64,000 nucleotides of DNA from Candidatus Poribacteria bacterium (GTDB taxonomy: Bacteria > Poribacteria > WGA-4E > PCPOR2b): contig OZ220744.1 in assembly GCA_965116925.1 (NCBI GenBank), positions 5,056,001 to 5,120,000 on the forward strand, given 5' to 3'. A model generated the notes under the pieces. The model did not search any database and was not told the DNA's origin. It saw only the letters and a program-made list of their open reading frames with translations. Below, piece by piece: positions 38,791 to 48,906 of this stretch. The position numbers and the translations under genes are program-made. Positions within the stretch are counted from its first letter, which is position 1. Each line of letters starts with the position of its first letter.

Positions 38791-40439
38791 TCTCTAGCGA
38801 GCTTGACTCCACCGTCCCCAATAGTCTGGTGCGTAGCATCTTGATAATCAGGTACATTTTCCGCAATCTCCAACGCAATCTCACCGGCAAAATGATAGTC
38901 CATCTCACCGCCCAACCGCTTGGCTAACTGTTGGATAATCTCCCAATCAACACGCGCCTCGCCGGGGGGATCAACAGCCCGATGTATCCGTTGCACCCAA
39001 CCCTTTGCGTTGGTGAAACTGCCATCCTTCTCCGCAAAAGTGACCCCTGGGAGAACTACATCAGCCAATCGCGCTACATCAGATTCAAAGATATCCTGCA
39101 CGACCAGAAAATCAACCGCTTCCAACGCCTGCTTTGCCGTTTCATCAAGCGAACGTTCGGGTGCCCCATTCACAAGGTACACGACCCCTGCATTTGCGAC
39201 TCCGCTCCAAAGTGCGTCCCCTGTTAAGGACGCATCACTTCCCAACCTGAGCATATCCCGTGCACCGCGCGTATTCGGGTTCTTGTCGGCATCAATGGTG
39301 AATTGCGGGAATTTGTGTTCCTCACCCGGTTCGCGCCCAAACAGACCAATCGACTCCGTTTTGAGGACTTCACGCGCCAGTTTGCCCAGCAGATAGTTCT
39401 CCTCATTGGTGCCTTGTGCAGAACCGATGACAGCAATGGATTCCGGATCGGTCTCAGAGAATTTCTCGGCGATGAGATTCAGTGCCTCCGCCCACGAAGT
39501 TGGAACAAGTTCGCCATCGACCCGCTTCATCGGAATCTTGAGCCGGTCTTCGCTGTTGACGTAATGGTAGCCGAGTCGTCCATCATCGCACATCCAGTGT
39601 TGATTGATATCCTCGTGGAATCGCGGCTTAATTCGATAGAGACCATCCTCTTTATAGTCAACGGTGATGTTACAACCGACACTACACCCCGGACAGACGC
39701 TATTGACCTGCTTCATGAACCATGGACGCGACTTAAAAAGGAAATCCTTGCTAATCAACGCCCCAACGGGACAAATATCTACAACATTGCCAGCGAGTTT
39801 ATTGTCGAGCAACCGGAGCGGGTTCTCATCATGGTCGCGTGGAATATCAATTTCGTCGTGTGACCCCCGGTGGATCAGTCCAAGTTCTCCGGTGCCTGCA
39901 ACCTCATCGCAGAAGCGGACGCAACGGGTGCAAACAATACATCGTGTCGAGTAGAGCAGCACATCAGGACCGAGATCTTTTTTCGGGGGGACGTTCTTAA
40001 CCTCAATGTATCGGCTCTTGCCGCTGCCGTGATTATAGCTGAAATCTTGGAGATCACACTCACCCGCTTGGTCGCAGACGGGGCAATCAAGTGGATGGTG
40101 AACGAGCAGAAACTCAAGGATGTCTTCCCGTGCCTTCTTTACACGCGGCGAATCGGTCCGGACAATAAAGTCATATTTCCCATCTAATTTTCGATCCGGA
40201 GGGGCAGTACGCACCGTGGTTGTGCAGCCGGTTGCGAGTTGACGGTCTGGAACAACCTTGCCCGCAGGCGGAAAGAAGACATGGGGCTCCACAAGGCACA
40301 TACGGCAGTTTGCCGGACGGGTCAGCCCCGGATGGTAACAGTAGTGCGGCACTTCAATGCCGTGTTGTCTCGCAGCCTCAATGATATTGGTTCCGTCTTC
40401 AACTTCAATCTCAAGGTCGTTCAGTTTAATGAATGCCAT
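38787..40439 (-). CDS. nuoG: NADH-quinone oxidoreductase subunit G (short form, about 550 aa)
   Basis: PHYCYH, CRMC, HPLDCPVCDQAGEC, CIVCTRC and CPGCSVGC motifs; start at ATG 40439. Confidence 0.93.
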   Translation of the reverse strand: MAFIKLNDLEIEVEDGTNIIEAARQHGIEVPHYCYHPGLTRPANCRMCLVEPHVFFPPAGKVVPDRQLATGCTTTVRTAPPDRKLDGKYDFIVRTDSPRVKKAREDILEFLLVHHPLDCPVCDQAGECDLQDFSYNHGSGKSRYIEVKNVPPKKDLGPDVLLYSTRCIVCTRCVRFCDEVAGTGELGLIHRGSHDEIDIPRDHDENPLRLLDNKLAGNVVDICPVGALISKDFLFKSRPWFMKQVNSVCPGCSVGCNITVDYKEDGLYRIKPRFHEDINQHWMCDDGRLGYHYVNSEDRLKIPMKRVDGELVPTSWAEALNLIAEKFSETDPESIAVIGSAQGTNEENYLLGKLAREVLKTESIGLFGREPGEEHKFPQFTIDADKNPNTRGARDMLRLGSDASLTGDALWSGVANAGVVYLVNGAPERSLDETAKQALEAVDFLVVQDIFESDVARLADVVLPGVTFAEKDGSFTNAKGWVQRIHRAVDPPGEARVDWEIIQQLAKRLGGEMDYHFAGEIALEIAENVPDYQDATHQTIGDGGVKLARD

Positions 40440-40480
40440 GATGTCCTCGTTATACAGCGCGTAATGTGTGGTGGTACATG

Positions 40481-42139
40481 TCAAATTGAGTGTGGAATAT
40501 ACGGTTCAACGCCAATCTGATTTTTTGAAATTTGCTCCTCTTTTTTTCCAAAAAAGTAGATAAAGAGTAAAAACCCACCAATGATTGTAACACTATAACC
40601 AGCGATATAAAGCCCCAAATGGATTTTGTACATTACAAATTGAAGAATTAAAACGGCTCCAAAAATGAAGAGACCACATAAGAACGGAATGAGTTCCGTA
40701 TAACGTCTGTTTTGGCTATATTCTTGGGACAGCGGTAATCCGGTGCTCGGTTTTGGGTGAAAGACAACGTAACAGAGCAGACCTATTAGGCCCGGCAACA
40801 GATAAAAACCGCCCCAAAAGCGGGGCCAAAGAAAGGTTGCAACGGTTGCGAATAACAATGTATAAGGAAAAATCATGTAAACCAATGCCGTCGCTTGGAC
40901 ACCTCGCCATAAGGTATGCGGTGCTGCAAGCGACGCGCAGCGAAACAGCCACGCAGCTCTCCAATGATCTGAATACCGAATCTGACTGAGAAAAGTACCG
41001 ATGAAACCTAAACCGATAAAGAAGAAAAGCATTGAGACACCGAGTGCGAGCCAGATAGTGAAAGGTCTTCCAATACTATTCAGAACCGAATCATGCTCAC
41101 GGAACAGAAGAAAGAGGACAATAACGGCAGTCCCAAATTCACGGAAAAACCGAAATTGCGTCGTCCTATCGCGTTTCAGATAGGCAAAAACAAGATCAGA
41201 TGTGATGCGGGTTTCACGCTTCTTGAACAAACGGGCGACTACAGATGTCCTAATCTTGAGTTGTGAACTGCGTGTTCTCCTAGCCTCCGACAGAGAAGCG
41301 AGGTATTTTGAGTAACTTTTGGCAATACTGCGAAGCGGGCCCACCACCAATAGTACAATTGAAGCGATCGCAAGCGCGGTTAAGATCAGAAATTGGCGGT
41401 GTGTATTTCCGAGAGCAAGCGGCACCGCCCCGGCAAACCAACTGTTGGGTAACAGATAGAATGCCTTAAAGAGGGAGACCACCTTATCTGTTGCCAACTC
41501 TGTAAAAAGGCGAGGACCGAGTAGATAGATAGCCGGAAAGAAAACAGTAAAAGCCAACTGTGCGTATTGAGCAATATTTCGGAACCGCTCTTTTGCGTAA
41601 AGTTTTGTCAAATACCCCATAAACATCGTCATCAATCCAATCATGAACAAACCAGCGATGAAGGAGATAGGAAGATAAACGATGGGAAAAAATAGGTTTC
41701 GTTCTTCTGTCCACAACCCAAAGATAGCGGGCAGCAGATTCAAGCATCCCAACAATAGAACAGCATAAGTCAGCAGCTGCGTTAGCTTCACAATAAAATA
41801 GGTACGCGACGACACCGGTGTATGTGATACCACAAGATAGTTAGTCGGACTCAGAATAATATCAAAATGCGGAAGAATCAAAAGTACAACCAACACCATT
41901 GTAGCCGACAGTGTTAAAAGTGTATAGTCAAATATATCCAAGGGCAAAAAAAACACTGCCATGGCGATTGCGGCACCAAAGATAAGACAGATGAAGCACG
42001 TTACACCAAGGGAAGCGTTAGCAAAACCACGTTCACGTTCTGCATCAACTGCACGGGTGGCGACAGCCTTTTCCACTTTCCGAAGTTGCTTGTAGTGTGT
42101 TGGGTCTGCCCCGAACACCTCAGCGATTTTGTCAAGCAT
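40481..42139 (-). CDS. ABC-2-type exporter permease (multi-TM)
   Basis: About 12 hydrophobic segments; overlaps the ABC ATPase gene. Confidence 0.75.
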   Translation of the reverse strand: MLDKIAEVFGADPTHYKQLRKVEKAVATRAVDAERERGFANASLGVTCFICLIFGAAIAMAVFFLPLDIFDYTLLTLSATMVLVVLLILPHFDIILSPTNYLVVSHTPVSSRTYFIVKLTQLLTYAVLLLGCLNLLPAIFGLWTEERNLFFPIVYLPISFIAGLFMIGLMTMFMGYLTKLYAKERFRNIAQYAQLAFTVFFPAIYLLGPRLFTELATDKVVSLFKAFYLLPNSWFAGAVPLALGNTHRQFLILTALAIASIVLLVVGPLRSIAKSYSKYLASLSEARRTRSSQLKIRTSVVARLFKKRETRITSDLVFAYLKRDRTTQFRFFREFGTAVIVLFLLFREHDSVLNSIGRPFTIWLALGVSMLFFFIGLGFIGTFLSQIRYSDHWRAAWLFRCASLAAPHTLWRGVQATALVYMIFPYTLLFATVATFLWPRFWGGFYLLPGLIGLLCYVVFHPKPSTGLPLSQEYSQNRRYTELIPFLCGLFIFGAVLILQFVMYKIHLGLYIAGYSVTIIGGFLLFIYFFGKKEEQISKNQIGVEPYIPHSI

Positions 42140-42911
42140 CGGAGCCTCCCATCAAGATCCGAAGGGCTTCCTCAGTTTTCTGATCAATTCCACTGCTGGT
42201 ATCCGTGAGTTGTGTAAAAATCTGGTTCAGTGCTGTTTCGCTTGTCATCTTTCGCAGTTCATCAACCGTTGCATCGGCGATTAGTTTTCCTTGGTTGATA
42301 ATCATAATCCGTGGACAGAGCGTCTCCGCGACTTCAAGAATATGGGTACAGTACAAAATAGTTTTTCCCGCATCAGCGAGACGTTGTAGAATCGTTTTCA
42401 TGAGTGTGACTGTCGTCACATCCAAATTGGTGAAGGGTTCATCCAGAAACAGAACATCCGGATTGTGCAACAAAGCGGACATAATGAGCAGTTTCTGGCG
42501 CATCCCTTGCGAAAAACTACCTATCTTTTGCGTTCCCTGCGGCTCCATGTCAAAGAGTCGTGTGAGGTCATGTATCTTCTGGGCGATGAGCGTTTCTTCT
42601 ACATGATAGAGCCTACCCATCAGCTGAAGATGCTCGACTAAGGTCAAACTTTCGTATAGGTGTGCCTCTTCGGGGACGTACCCAACATGCCTTTTCAACG
42701 CCAACAACTCTGTTACAGCATCGTAACCGGCGACCGATATTTTGCCTCCCGTCGGCTCAAGCAAACCAACGAGCATCTTTAACGTCGTGCTTTTTCCCGC
42801 ACCGTTGGGTCCGAGATAACCCACGATCTGACCTTGTGGCACCTCAAAACTAATATCGTCAACAGCGACAGTCTTTCCATATCTCTTTGTGAGATGAGAG
42901 ACCTGAATCAT
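42132..42911 (-). CDS. ABC transporter ATP-binding protein
   Basis: GPNGAGKST, FSQGMRQK and LDEP motifs. Confidence 0.95.
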   Translation of the reverse strand: MIQVSHLTKRYGKTVAVDDISFEVPQGQIVGYLGPNGAGKSTTLKMLVGLLEPTGGKISVAGYDAVTELLALKRHVGYVPEEAHLYESLTLVEHLQLMGRLYHVEETLIAQKIHDLTRLFDMEPQGTQKIGSFSQGMRQKLLIMSALLHNPDVLFLDEPFTNLDVTTVTLMKTILQRLADAGKTILYCTHILEVAETLCPRIMIINQGKLIADATVDELRKMTSETALNQIFTQLTDTSSGIDQKTEEALRILMGGSDA

Positions 42912-42984
42912 AGAAGCACTCCACGCGCTGAGTCGCTGTTTAGTATTTACCAGTTTTCCACAAAAATCCGCTTGCTACCGGAAT

Positions 42985-44457
42985 CTACGCTTCAAACAGG
43001 CTTGGGACTATCCGCTGCTGATAAGCATAATTCTCTTCCTGCGGCACCGTCGCTTCTTCCACCGGCAATGTGACTAATTTTCCCTCACGAATCGCAGCCT
43101 CAAACTCCGGACGGAATTTTCGCAGATAACTCACAGCGGGCCATGAGACAGCGATCCCAAAGACACAGATGGTGTTCCATGTCATGGTGTCCACATTTGC
43201 GATGTTATTCGCAACACTCTCTAACAGGTCAAGGTCTTCGTAAACCTCTTCCATCTCGCCGGTATCACCCCATCTGCCGCCCTCTGCAATCCCAAACTTA
43301 GGTCGCTGAATTGTCGTTTGCCGTCCCTCGCCGTCGGCGATTCGTTGGACAATATCTCGCACCCACGGTGTTCCCCAGCGACACGGCGTGCACTGCCCAC
43401 ACGATTCATGCGCGTAGAACTTCATGATGTTGAGGAGACAATCGACAATGTTCCGCGTTTCGTTCATGACGATAATACCGCCAGAACCGAGCATCGATTT
43501 CCAGAGTGTCAATGAGGTAAAGTCGAGCCGACATTCCAATTCATAGTGCGTCAAAATCGGTGCAGAACTACCGCCGGGGATCACAGCTTTTACACGCTCG
43601 CCCCTGACGCCGCCCGCAACTTCGATTAACTCCTCGGCGGTCAAACCGAGATCGAGTTCATACACGCCCGGCTTGTTCACATCCCCACTGATACAGTACA
43701 GTTTTGTTCCTGTGTTTGGATCCGATTGTGGCGGATCAAACCGGGTATCCCCATAGGTGCGTCCGATACTGGTATACCATTCGACTCCGTTCCCCATCAA
43801 GAAAGGTAGGTTACACAATGTTTCTACATTCTGCACAACTGTTGGCTTATGGAACAACCCTTCGACTGCGGGGAATGGTGGTTTCACACGCGGTTGCCCA
43901 CGTTTCCCTTCGAGGGATTCAATCAGTCCGGTCTCTTCGCCGCAGATGTACGCTCCGGCTCCCGGATGGGAGTAAACGTCCAGATCAAAACCGCTTCCTT
44001 GGATATTTTTCCCCAGATAGCCGTGCTGATATGCTTCTTCGATAGCGGCATCTAACATACGTTTACCGAGTGTAAATTCTCCACGAATGTAGATGTACGC
44101 GGTGTTAATCCCCATGGCATAGCAGCAGATTAAGATGCCTTCGATCAACAGATGTGGATTCTTCTCCAGAACGTAGCGGTTGCTGAACGTCCCCGGCTCA
44201 CTCTCATCGGCGTTGCAACAAAGGTAACGAGGCTCAATATCTCTGGGCACAAAACTCCACTTCAGCCCGGTTGAAAACCCTGCGCCACCACGCCCTTTCA
44301 GCCCGGATTTCATCACCATATCACAAATATCTTCCGGCTGATACTCCTTGATTGCTTTCTCGAAGTGCTTATAGCCGTCGTACTGACGAAATACATCAAA
44401 TGTATTGATATCTGGTACATCCAGATGTTCGTAGAGAATCCGTCTTTCTTGGACCAT
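42985..44457 (-). CDS. nuoF: NADH-quinone oxidoreductase subunit F
   Basis: GRGGAGF, NADESEPGT, GAGAYICGEET and ESCGQCTPC motifs. Confidence 0.97.
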   Translation of the reverse strand: MVQERRILYEHLDVPDINTFDVFRQYDGYKHFEKAIKEYQPEDICDMVMKSGLKGRGGAGFSTGLKWSFVPRDIEPRYLCCNADESEPGTFSNRYVLEKNPHLLIEGILICCYAMGINTAYIYIRGEFTLGKRMLDAAIEEAYQHGYLGKNIQGSGFDLDVYSHPGAGAYICGEETGLIESLEGKRGQPRVKPPFPAVEGLFHKPTVVQNVETLCNLPFLMGNGVEWYTSIGRTYGDTRFDPPQSDPNTGTKLYCISGDVNKPGVYELDLGLTAEELIEVAGGVRGERVKAVIPGGSSAPILTHYELECRLDFTSLTLWKSMLGSGGIIVMNETRNIVDCLLNIMKFYAHESCGQCTPCRWGTPWVRDIVQRIADGEGRQTTIQRPKFGIAEGGRWGDTGEMEEVYEDLDLLESVANNIANVDTMTWNTICVFGIAVSWPAVSYLRKFRPEFEAAIREGKLVTLPVEEATVPQEENYAYQQRIVPSLFEA

Positions 44458-44480
44458 GAGTCGTTACCAACCTTTTGCCT

Positions 44481-45002
44481 CTACTCTAAGCCATCCAAAA
44501 TCTCATCCATCTTTTCCGGCGTGAGATTCTTATACAAGTCATCGTTAACCATTACGACAGGTGCGACATCACAGGATGCCAGACACTCTGATTTCAGTAA
44601 AGTAAATTTCCCATCTGGCGTGGTCCCTTTTGCCAAGTCTGTTTCAGAAGCCACATCTATATCAAATTTTTGTTTGATATGCTCTAGCACCAATTTACAA
44701 TCTCTCAACGCACAGGGGAGTGTGTAGCAAACGCGGATAACATATTTACCGACAGGTTCCTCGAAGAACATTGGGTAAAATGTTACCACGTCTTTAACCT
44801 TCATCACCGGCAATTCCAAAAGTTCAGCGACATGCTCCATCACCGCGGGACTGATATAACCTGCCTGTTTCTGTGCTAGATGCAGTGTGGGGAGCATTGC
44901 AGCTTCCTTCACCGGGTAGCACTGAATCAGTTTATCAAACTCCTGCTGATTTTCCTCTGAAAACTGGAATGGCGTTTCTATTTGAATAAGCTCATTGGAC
45001 AT
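44481..45002 (-). CDS. nuoE: NADH-quinone oxidoreductase subunit E
   Basis: VTFY.MF, C....C and ECLASC..AP motifs. Confidence 0.95.
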   Translation of the reverse strand: MSNELIQIETPFQFSEENQQEFDKLIQCYPVKEAAMLPTLHLAQKQAGYISPAVMEHVAELLELPVMKVKDVVTFYPMFFEEPVGKYVIRVCYTLPCALRDCKLVLEHIKQKFDIDVASETDLAKGTTPDGKFTLLKSECLASCDVAPVVMVNDDLYKNLTPEKMDEILDGLE

Positions 45003-45020
45003 CTACTCATTCCTTCTGAT

Positions 45021-45070
45021 TTGGTTCATTGGTGCACTGGTTCATTAATGAACGAATGTACTAATGAACT
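45021..45070. repeat. Inverted 8-mer tandem repeats (TTGGTTCA / AATGAACT)
   Basis: ttggttca ttggtgca ctggttca tt aatgaacg aatgtact aatgaact; related units at 56391-56410. Confidence 0.65.
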
Positions 45071-45131
45071 CGAAGGCATTGCAACTTTGCGTTAAATTCC
45101 GCTTGTTTTCTAGCTTTCTGCGTTATCCCCG

Positions 45132-45845
45132 TTAGTCTGAGGGACGATCGCGCAAACCCACAACAATCGCTATACCAACAATCAAGACCGTAGCGACTCC
45201 TAAACAGATAAGTAACAGCCAAGAGGGTTCTTTTTTGGTCATTTTTATAGGTATATAGTGCTCCCCACCAGCAACAACTGTGACCGGATTGTCAATGCGA
45301 TCGCCGTAACCCTCCTTGTAACAACTCAGCAGATAGCGACCGGGGGCTACTCCGACTATCGCGAATTCTCCGTTGCTAGCTGTTTCCCCTTCAGTTTCGA
45401 GTCCGCTAGCTGCGACAACAACGACTCGGGCCCCTTCTACGGGGAGTTCTGCTGGGACCCGCTCCATCGAACTATCTGAGACATTACCACGAACTGCTCC
45501 CGTTTTTGCTTTTTCAGCTGTCCTTAGCGACACCTCGTGGTTACCACCGGCAATGACTGTAACCGGTTTGTCGACAACGTCCCAGTGCCTGTCTTTATAG
45601 CAACTCAACAAATAACGACCGGGTGCCAATCCGACCATCTCGAATGCACCATTTTTGTCTGTCTCTGCTACAGTTTCCGATCCGTCATCGGCGACGAGAA
45701 TAACTCGGACCCCTTCGATTGGGAGAGGCGTCGTTGAGGTATCAATCACACGACCACGGACTGCCCCAGTTATAAGATTTTGAGAAAAAACCGCCCCGGA
45801 AATAAGCCATAGACAGCATGATAAAAGAAGGGTTAACCGTTTCAT
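45132..45845 (-). CDS. Membrane-anchored protein with two CarboxypepD_reg-like (Ig/transthyretin-like) domains
   Basis: Signal peptide; duplicated GAVRG.V.D...P.EG.RV...G.F...G.APGRYLLSCYK; C-terminal TM. Confidence 0.8.
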   Translation of the reverse strand: MKRLTLLLSCCLWLISGAVFSQNLITGAVRGRVIDTSTTPLPIEGVRVILVADDGSETVAETDKNGAFEMVGLAPGRYLLSCYKDRHWDVVDKPVTVIAGGNHEVSLRTAEKAKTGAVRGNVSDSSMERVPAELPVEGARVVVVAASGLETEGETASNGEFAIVGVAPGRYLLSCYKEGYGDRIDNPVTVVAGGEHYIPIKMTKKEPSWLLLICLGVATVLIVGIAIVVGLRDRPSD

Positions 45846-45979
45846 ATTTCCGTCCCGATCTACGATGTGTTTCTATTGAACGGTTCCCAGCAGATACCAA
45901 ATAACCCAGTTACAGGTTGATTTCCTCCGTTTTGCTAGCGTAGAGATCATCCACATACCGCGGGACTCAAATTTTTATA

Positions 45980-47176
45980 TTACCGATCCAATTCCCCTGC
46001 AATAATATTTAGACTACCCAGTACGGCGACGATGTCTGATACCATACCACCCTCAATCATGTGAGGCACCGCCTGAAAGTGTATAAAGCTGGGGGGACGA
46101 ATACGGATGCGGTACGCCTTACCGCTGCCGTCACTGACGATATAAAATCCCAGTTCACCGTTCGGGGACTCGGTGGCACAATAGACTTCACCTGCAGGAG
46201 GCTGGACCCCATGCCCATCCATAATAATCTTAAAGTGGTGGATCAAACCTTCGATATTCCCATAGGCGTCCTCTTTTGTCGGCAGGCTAATTTTATAGTC
46301 ATCCACATTGACGGGCCCATCGGGCAGGTTATCCAGTGCCTGCTGGACAATTTGACCGCTCTGAATCATCTCTTCCATTCGCACGAGGTAACGATCGTAA
46401 ACATCGCCGTTGGCACCTACCGGCACATCAAAATCGAAATTCTCATAGAGGGAGTACGGCTCTGCTTTTCTTAAATCCCAATCCACTCCAGAGGCACGCA
46501 GACATGGGCCTGTAAACCCATAATCAATTGCATCTTCGGCTGACACCACCCCAACGCCTTTGGTGCGATCCATCCAAATCCGGTTTCGGGTCAGCAGCGT
46601 ATGTACCTCTTTCAGAGTTTTCGGAAAGGTGCTCAGGAACGTCCGGACATCTTCCTCAAAACCGTCGTATATATCTCTCATCAACCCACCAACACGGGTG
46701 TAGCTGGTAGTCAGGCGGGCACCAGTGGTTTTCTCAAAAATGCTGTACAATTTCTCCCGTTCTTCAAAGCCGTATAGCATCACTGTGAATGCCCCGAGGT
46801 CTAATGCCCCCATACCGAGCCAAACCATGTGATCTGCGATGCGGGAGAGCTCGGCAAGGATCACGCGAACGTATTCACAACGCTCCGGGACCTGGATATC
46901 CAGCAGCTTTTCCACAGCAAGGACATAACCGAAGTTGTTAGACAACGGTGAGAGATAGTTCATCCGGTCGGTTACAACGATATACTGATTGTAGTCCTGG
47001 TGCTCTCCTAGTTTCTCAAAACCAGTGTGCAGGTAACCGAGATGAGGCGTGGCTTTCAAGACGGTTTCGCCATCAAGTTCCACGACAATTCTAAGTGTGC
47101 CGTGAGTTGCCGGATGCTGGGGACCGAAATTCAGGGTCATCGGTTCGCCGGGCACTCGATTTGGATCTTTTCGCAT
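45980..47176 (-). CDS. nuoD: NADH-quinone oxidoreductase subunit D
   Basis: NFGPQHPATHG.LR, GYLHTG.EK and C-terminal GELDR. Confidence 0.97.
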   Translation of the reverse strand: MRKDPNRVPGEPMTLNFGPQHPATHGTLRIVVELDGETVLKATPHLGYLHTGFEKLGEHQDYNQYIVVTDRMNYLSPLSNNFGYVLAVEKLLDIQVPERCEYVRVILAELSRIADHMVWLGMGALDLGAFTVMLYGFEEREKLYSIFEKTTGARLTTSYTRVGGLMRDIYDGFEEDVRTFLSTFPKTLKEVHTLLTRNRIWMDRTKGVGVVSAEDAIDYGFTGPCLRASGVDWDLRKAEPYSLYENFDFDVPVGANGDVYDRYLVRMEEMIQSGQIVQQALDNLPDGPVNVDDYKISLPTKEDAYGNIEGLIHHFKIIMDGHGVQPPAGEVYCATESPNGELGFYIVSDGSGKAYRIRIRPPSFIHFQAVPHMIEGGMVSDIVAVLGSLNIIAGELDR

Positions 47177-47240
47177 CTCTTTTTCTCCAATGGAGAGTCG
47201 GGATTGTCCGCTGATAATTAAAAAGTAATCCTAAAGTGTA

Positions 47241-47816
47241 CTACACATTCTGTTCTTCAAAGTTAAAGGTTTCGCGTTCCCCACGACCACGCAGAGGATA
47301 ATCCTTACGAAGCGGATACCCTTCATAATCATCGGGCATCAGGATTCGGCGGAGATCTGGATGGTCCTCAAAGGTAATCCCGAACATATCGTATGTTTCA
47401 CGCTCTAGCCAATTCGCCACCTTCCAGATAGATGTCATTGACGGGATGCTGAGTGCTTTTTCATGAAGGGGAACCTTAACGCGCAAACGTGCTTTCTTTT
47501 CTGTCGAAAGCAGATGATAGACGACAGTGAACCGTGCGTAGTCGTGTTTCATCAGAACATCTTCCATCAAAGAATAATCAACCGCTGTGACATCAGCAAG
47601 AAAATTGTATGAGAGTTCTGAATCGTTTTTCAAGAACACCATCAACTCATGGATGCCCTCTTTACGCACCGTGATTGTCAGTTCGCCTCGTGCGTCGGAA
47701 ACGTCAAGGATCGCATCAGGGTATTGTTCTTGAACTTTTTGAACCACAAGCGGCTGCTGTGCTTCAGCAGTTACTTCTCCGTCTGCATCGGGATTTGAAA
47801 CCTGCTCTTCACTCAT
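47241..47816 (-). CDS. nuoC: NADH-quinone oxidoreductase subunit C
   Basis: ANWLERETYDMFG..F..HPDLRRIL and PLRKDYPL motifs. Confidence 0.96.
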   Translation of the reverse strand: MSEEQVSNPDADGEVTAEAQQPLVVQKVQEQYPDAILDVSDARGELTITVRKEGIHELMVFLKNDSELSYNFLADVTAVDYSLMEDVLMKHDYARFTVVYHLLSTEKKARLRVKVPLHEKALSIPSMTSIWKVANWLERETYDMFGITFEDHPDLRRILMPDDYEGYPLRKDYPLRGRGERETFNFEEQNV

Positions 47817-47839
47817 CGGGTTTAGTCCTCTAGGTCAAG

Positions 47840-48340
47840 TTAGCTAGCAATCGCTCCACTCTGCCTTTTAGGGGAGACACTCTCTTGTTCCACAATGCGT
47901 TGAATCTGTATCACAGCATCAATGAGATCTTCAGGGCGTGGTGGGCAGCCGGGAATGTAAATATCAACAGGGATGAACCCATCCACACCTTGTACTAAGG
48001 TATAGGTATCAAAAACACCGCCCGTAGAGGCACATGCTCCCATTGAGATAACCCATTTCGGGTCGGGCATCTGGTCGTAGATTTTTTTCAGGACCGGCAT
48101 CATTTTAATGGAGATGCGGCCCGAAACAATCAACAAGTCGGACTGGCGCGGCGAAAATCGAATCGCCTCTGCACCAAAACGTGAGAGGTCGAATTTCGAC
48201 GCTAGGGTTGCCATCATTTCAATGGCACAACAGGCAGTGCCGAAGGGCATTGGCCAGAGGGAGTTTTTTCGTCCCCAATTCACAAATTTATCAATAGTGG
48301 TGGTGAATATATTATCTCCAAGTTGACTTTCTAATCCCAC
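47840..48340 (-). CDS. nuoB: NADH-quinone oxidoreductase subunit B
   Basis: ACCAIEM, SPRQSD, MGACA and PGCPPRPE motifs; GTG 48340 overlaps the nuoA stop (alternative ATG at 48361). Confidence 0.96.
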   Translation of the reverse strand: MGLESQLGDNIFTTTIDKFVNWGRKNSLWPMPFGTACCAIEMMATLASKFDLSRFGAEAIRFSPRQSDLLIVSGRISIKMMPVLKKIYDQMPDPKWVISMGACASTGGVFDTYTLVQGVDGFIPVDIYIPGCPPRPEDLIDAVIQIQRIVEQESVSPKRQSGAIAS

Positions 48341-48699
48341 GATAGACCGCCTTTCTTCCAAGCATAGATGTAACCTAAAAAGAGAATACCGATGAAGACC
48401 AGCATCTCAATAAGGATAAAATAGCCGCTGCTCTCTGTAAATTTCTTAAAGACAACTGCCCACGGATAGAGGAAAACGACCTCAATATCAAAAATGATAA
48501 AGAGCATCGCAATGAGACCAAAGCGGATGGAAATCCTTTGCCGCGTGTCTCCGACCGGTTGGACGCCAGATTCGTAAACGGAGAGCTTAGCTTGCGTCGA
48601 TTTCTTTGGCCCAATCAGGTGAGTCAGGGCGAGGTTTACCGCCGCAAAGCCGATGGCAAAAACGAGTAACAACAGTATGGGTAAGTAATCGGTCAACAT
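48331..48699 (-). CDS. nuoA: NADH-quinone oxidoreductase subunit A
   Basis: YESG..P, FIIFDIEVVFLYPWA and WKKGGL.W motifs. Confidence 0.96.
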   Translation of the reverse strand: MLTDYLPILLLLVFAIGFAAVNLALTHLIGPKKSTQAKLSVYESGVQPVGDTRQRISIRFGLIAMLFIIFDIEVVFLYPWAVVFKKFTESSGYFILIEMLVFIGILFLGYIYAWKKGGLSWD

Positions 48700-48749
48700 T
48701 GTTAAGCTATGGGGCGTTTTTAGCCGAAAATAAGATTATTGAATGTCGG

Positions 48750-48767
48750 TTGTGAAATGTTTCACAT
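48750..48767. promoter_or_regulatory. Rex-like operator upstream of nuoA
   Basis: TTGTGAAATGTTTCACAT versus Rex consensus TTGTGAA-N4-TTCACAA (1 mismatch). Confidence 0.65.
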
Positions 48768-48844
48768 ACTCAAACTAAAAAAGAATGGGCTTCATCTTCA
48801 GCCCACTATACTTTATTCACACGGTTCTAATTTTCCAAAAGATT

Positions 48845-48873
48845 ATTATTTCACATTTTGAAAAAACTGTCAA
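48845..48873 (-). promoter_or_regulatory. sigma70 promoter of the nuo(-atp) cluster
   Basis: TTGACA-17 bp-AATAAT on the minus strand. Confidence 0.6.
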
Positions 48874-48906
48874 GTCTTTTTTCGGCAAAAAAGCATAAAT
48901 TCTTGG

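Noticed and set aside
38791..38908. N-terminal half of ORF 38678-38908
   Set aside because: Lies out of frame within nuoG; only the distal part looks coding
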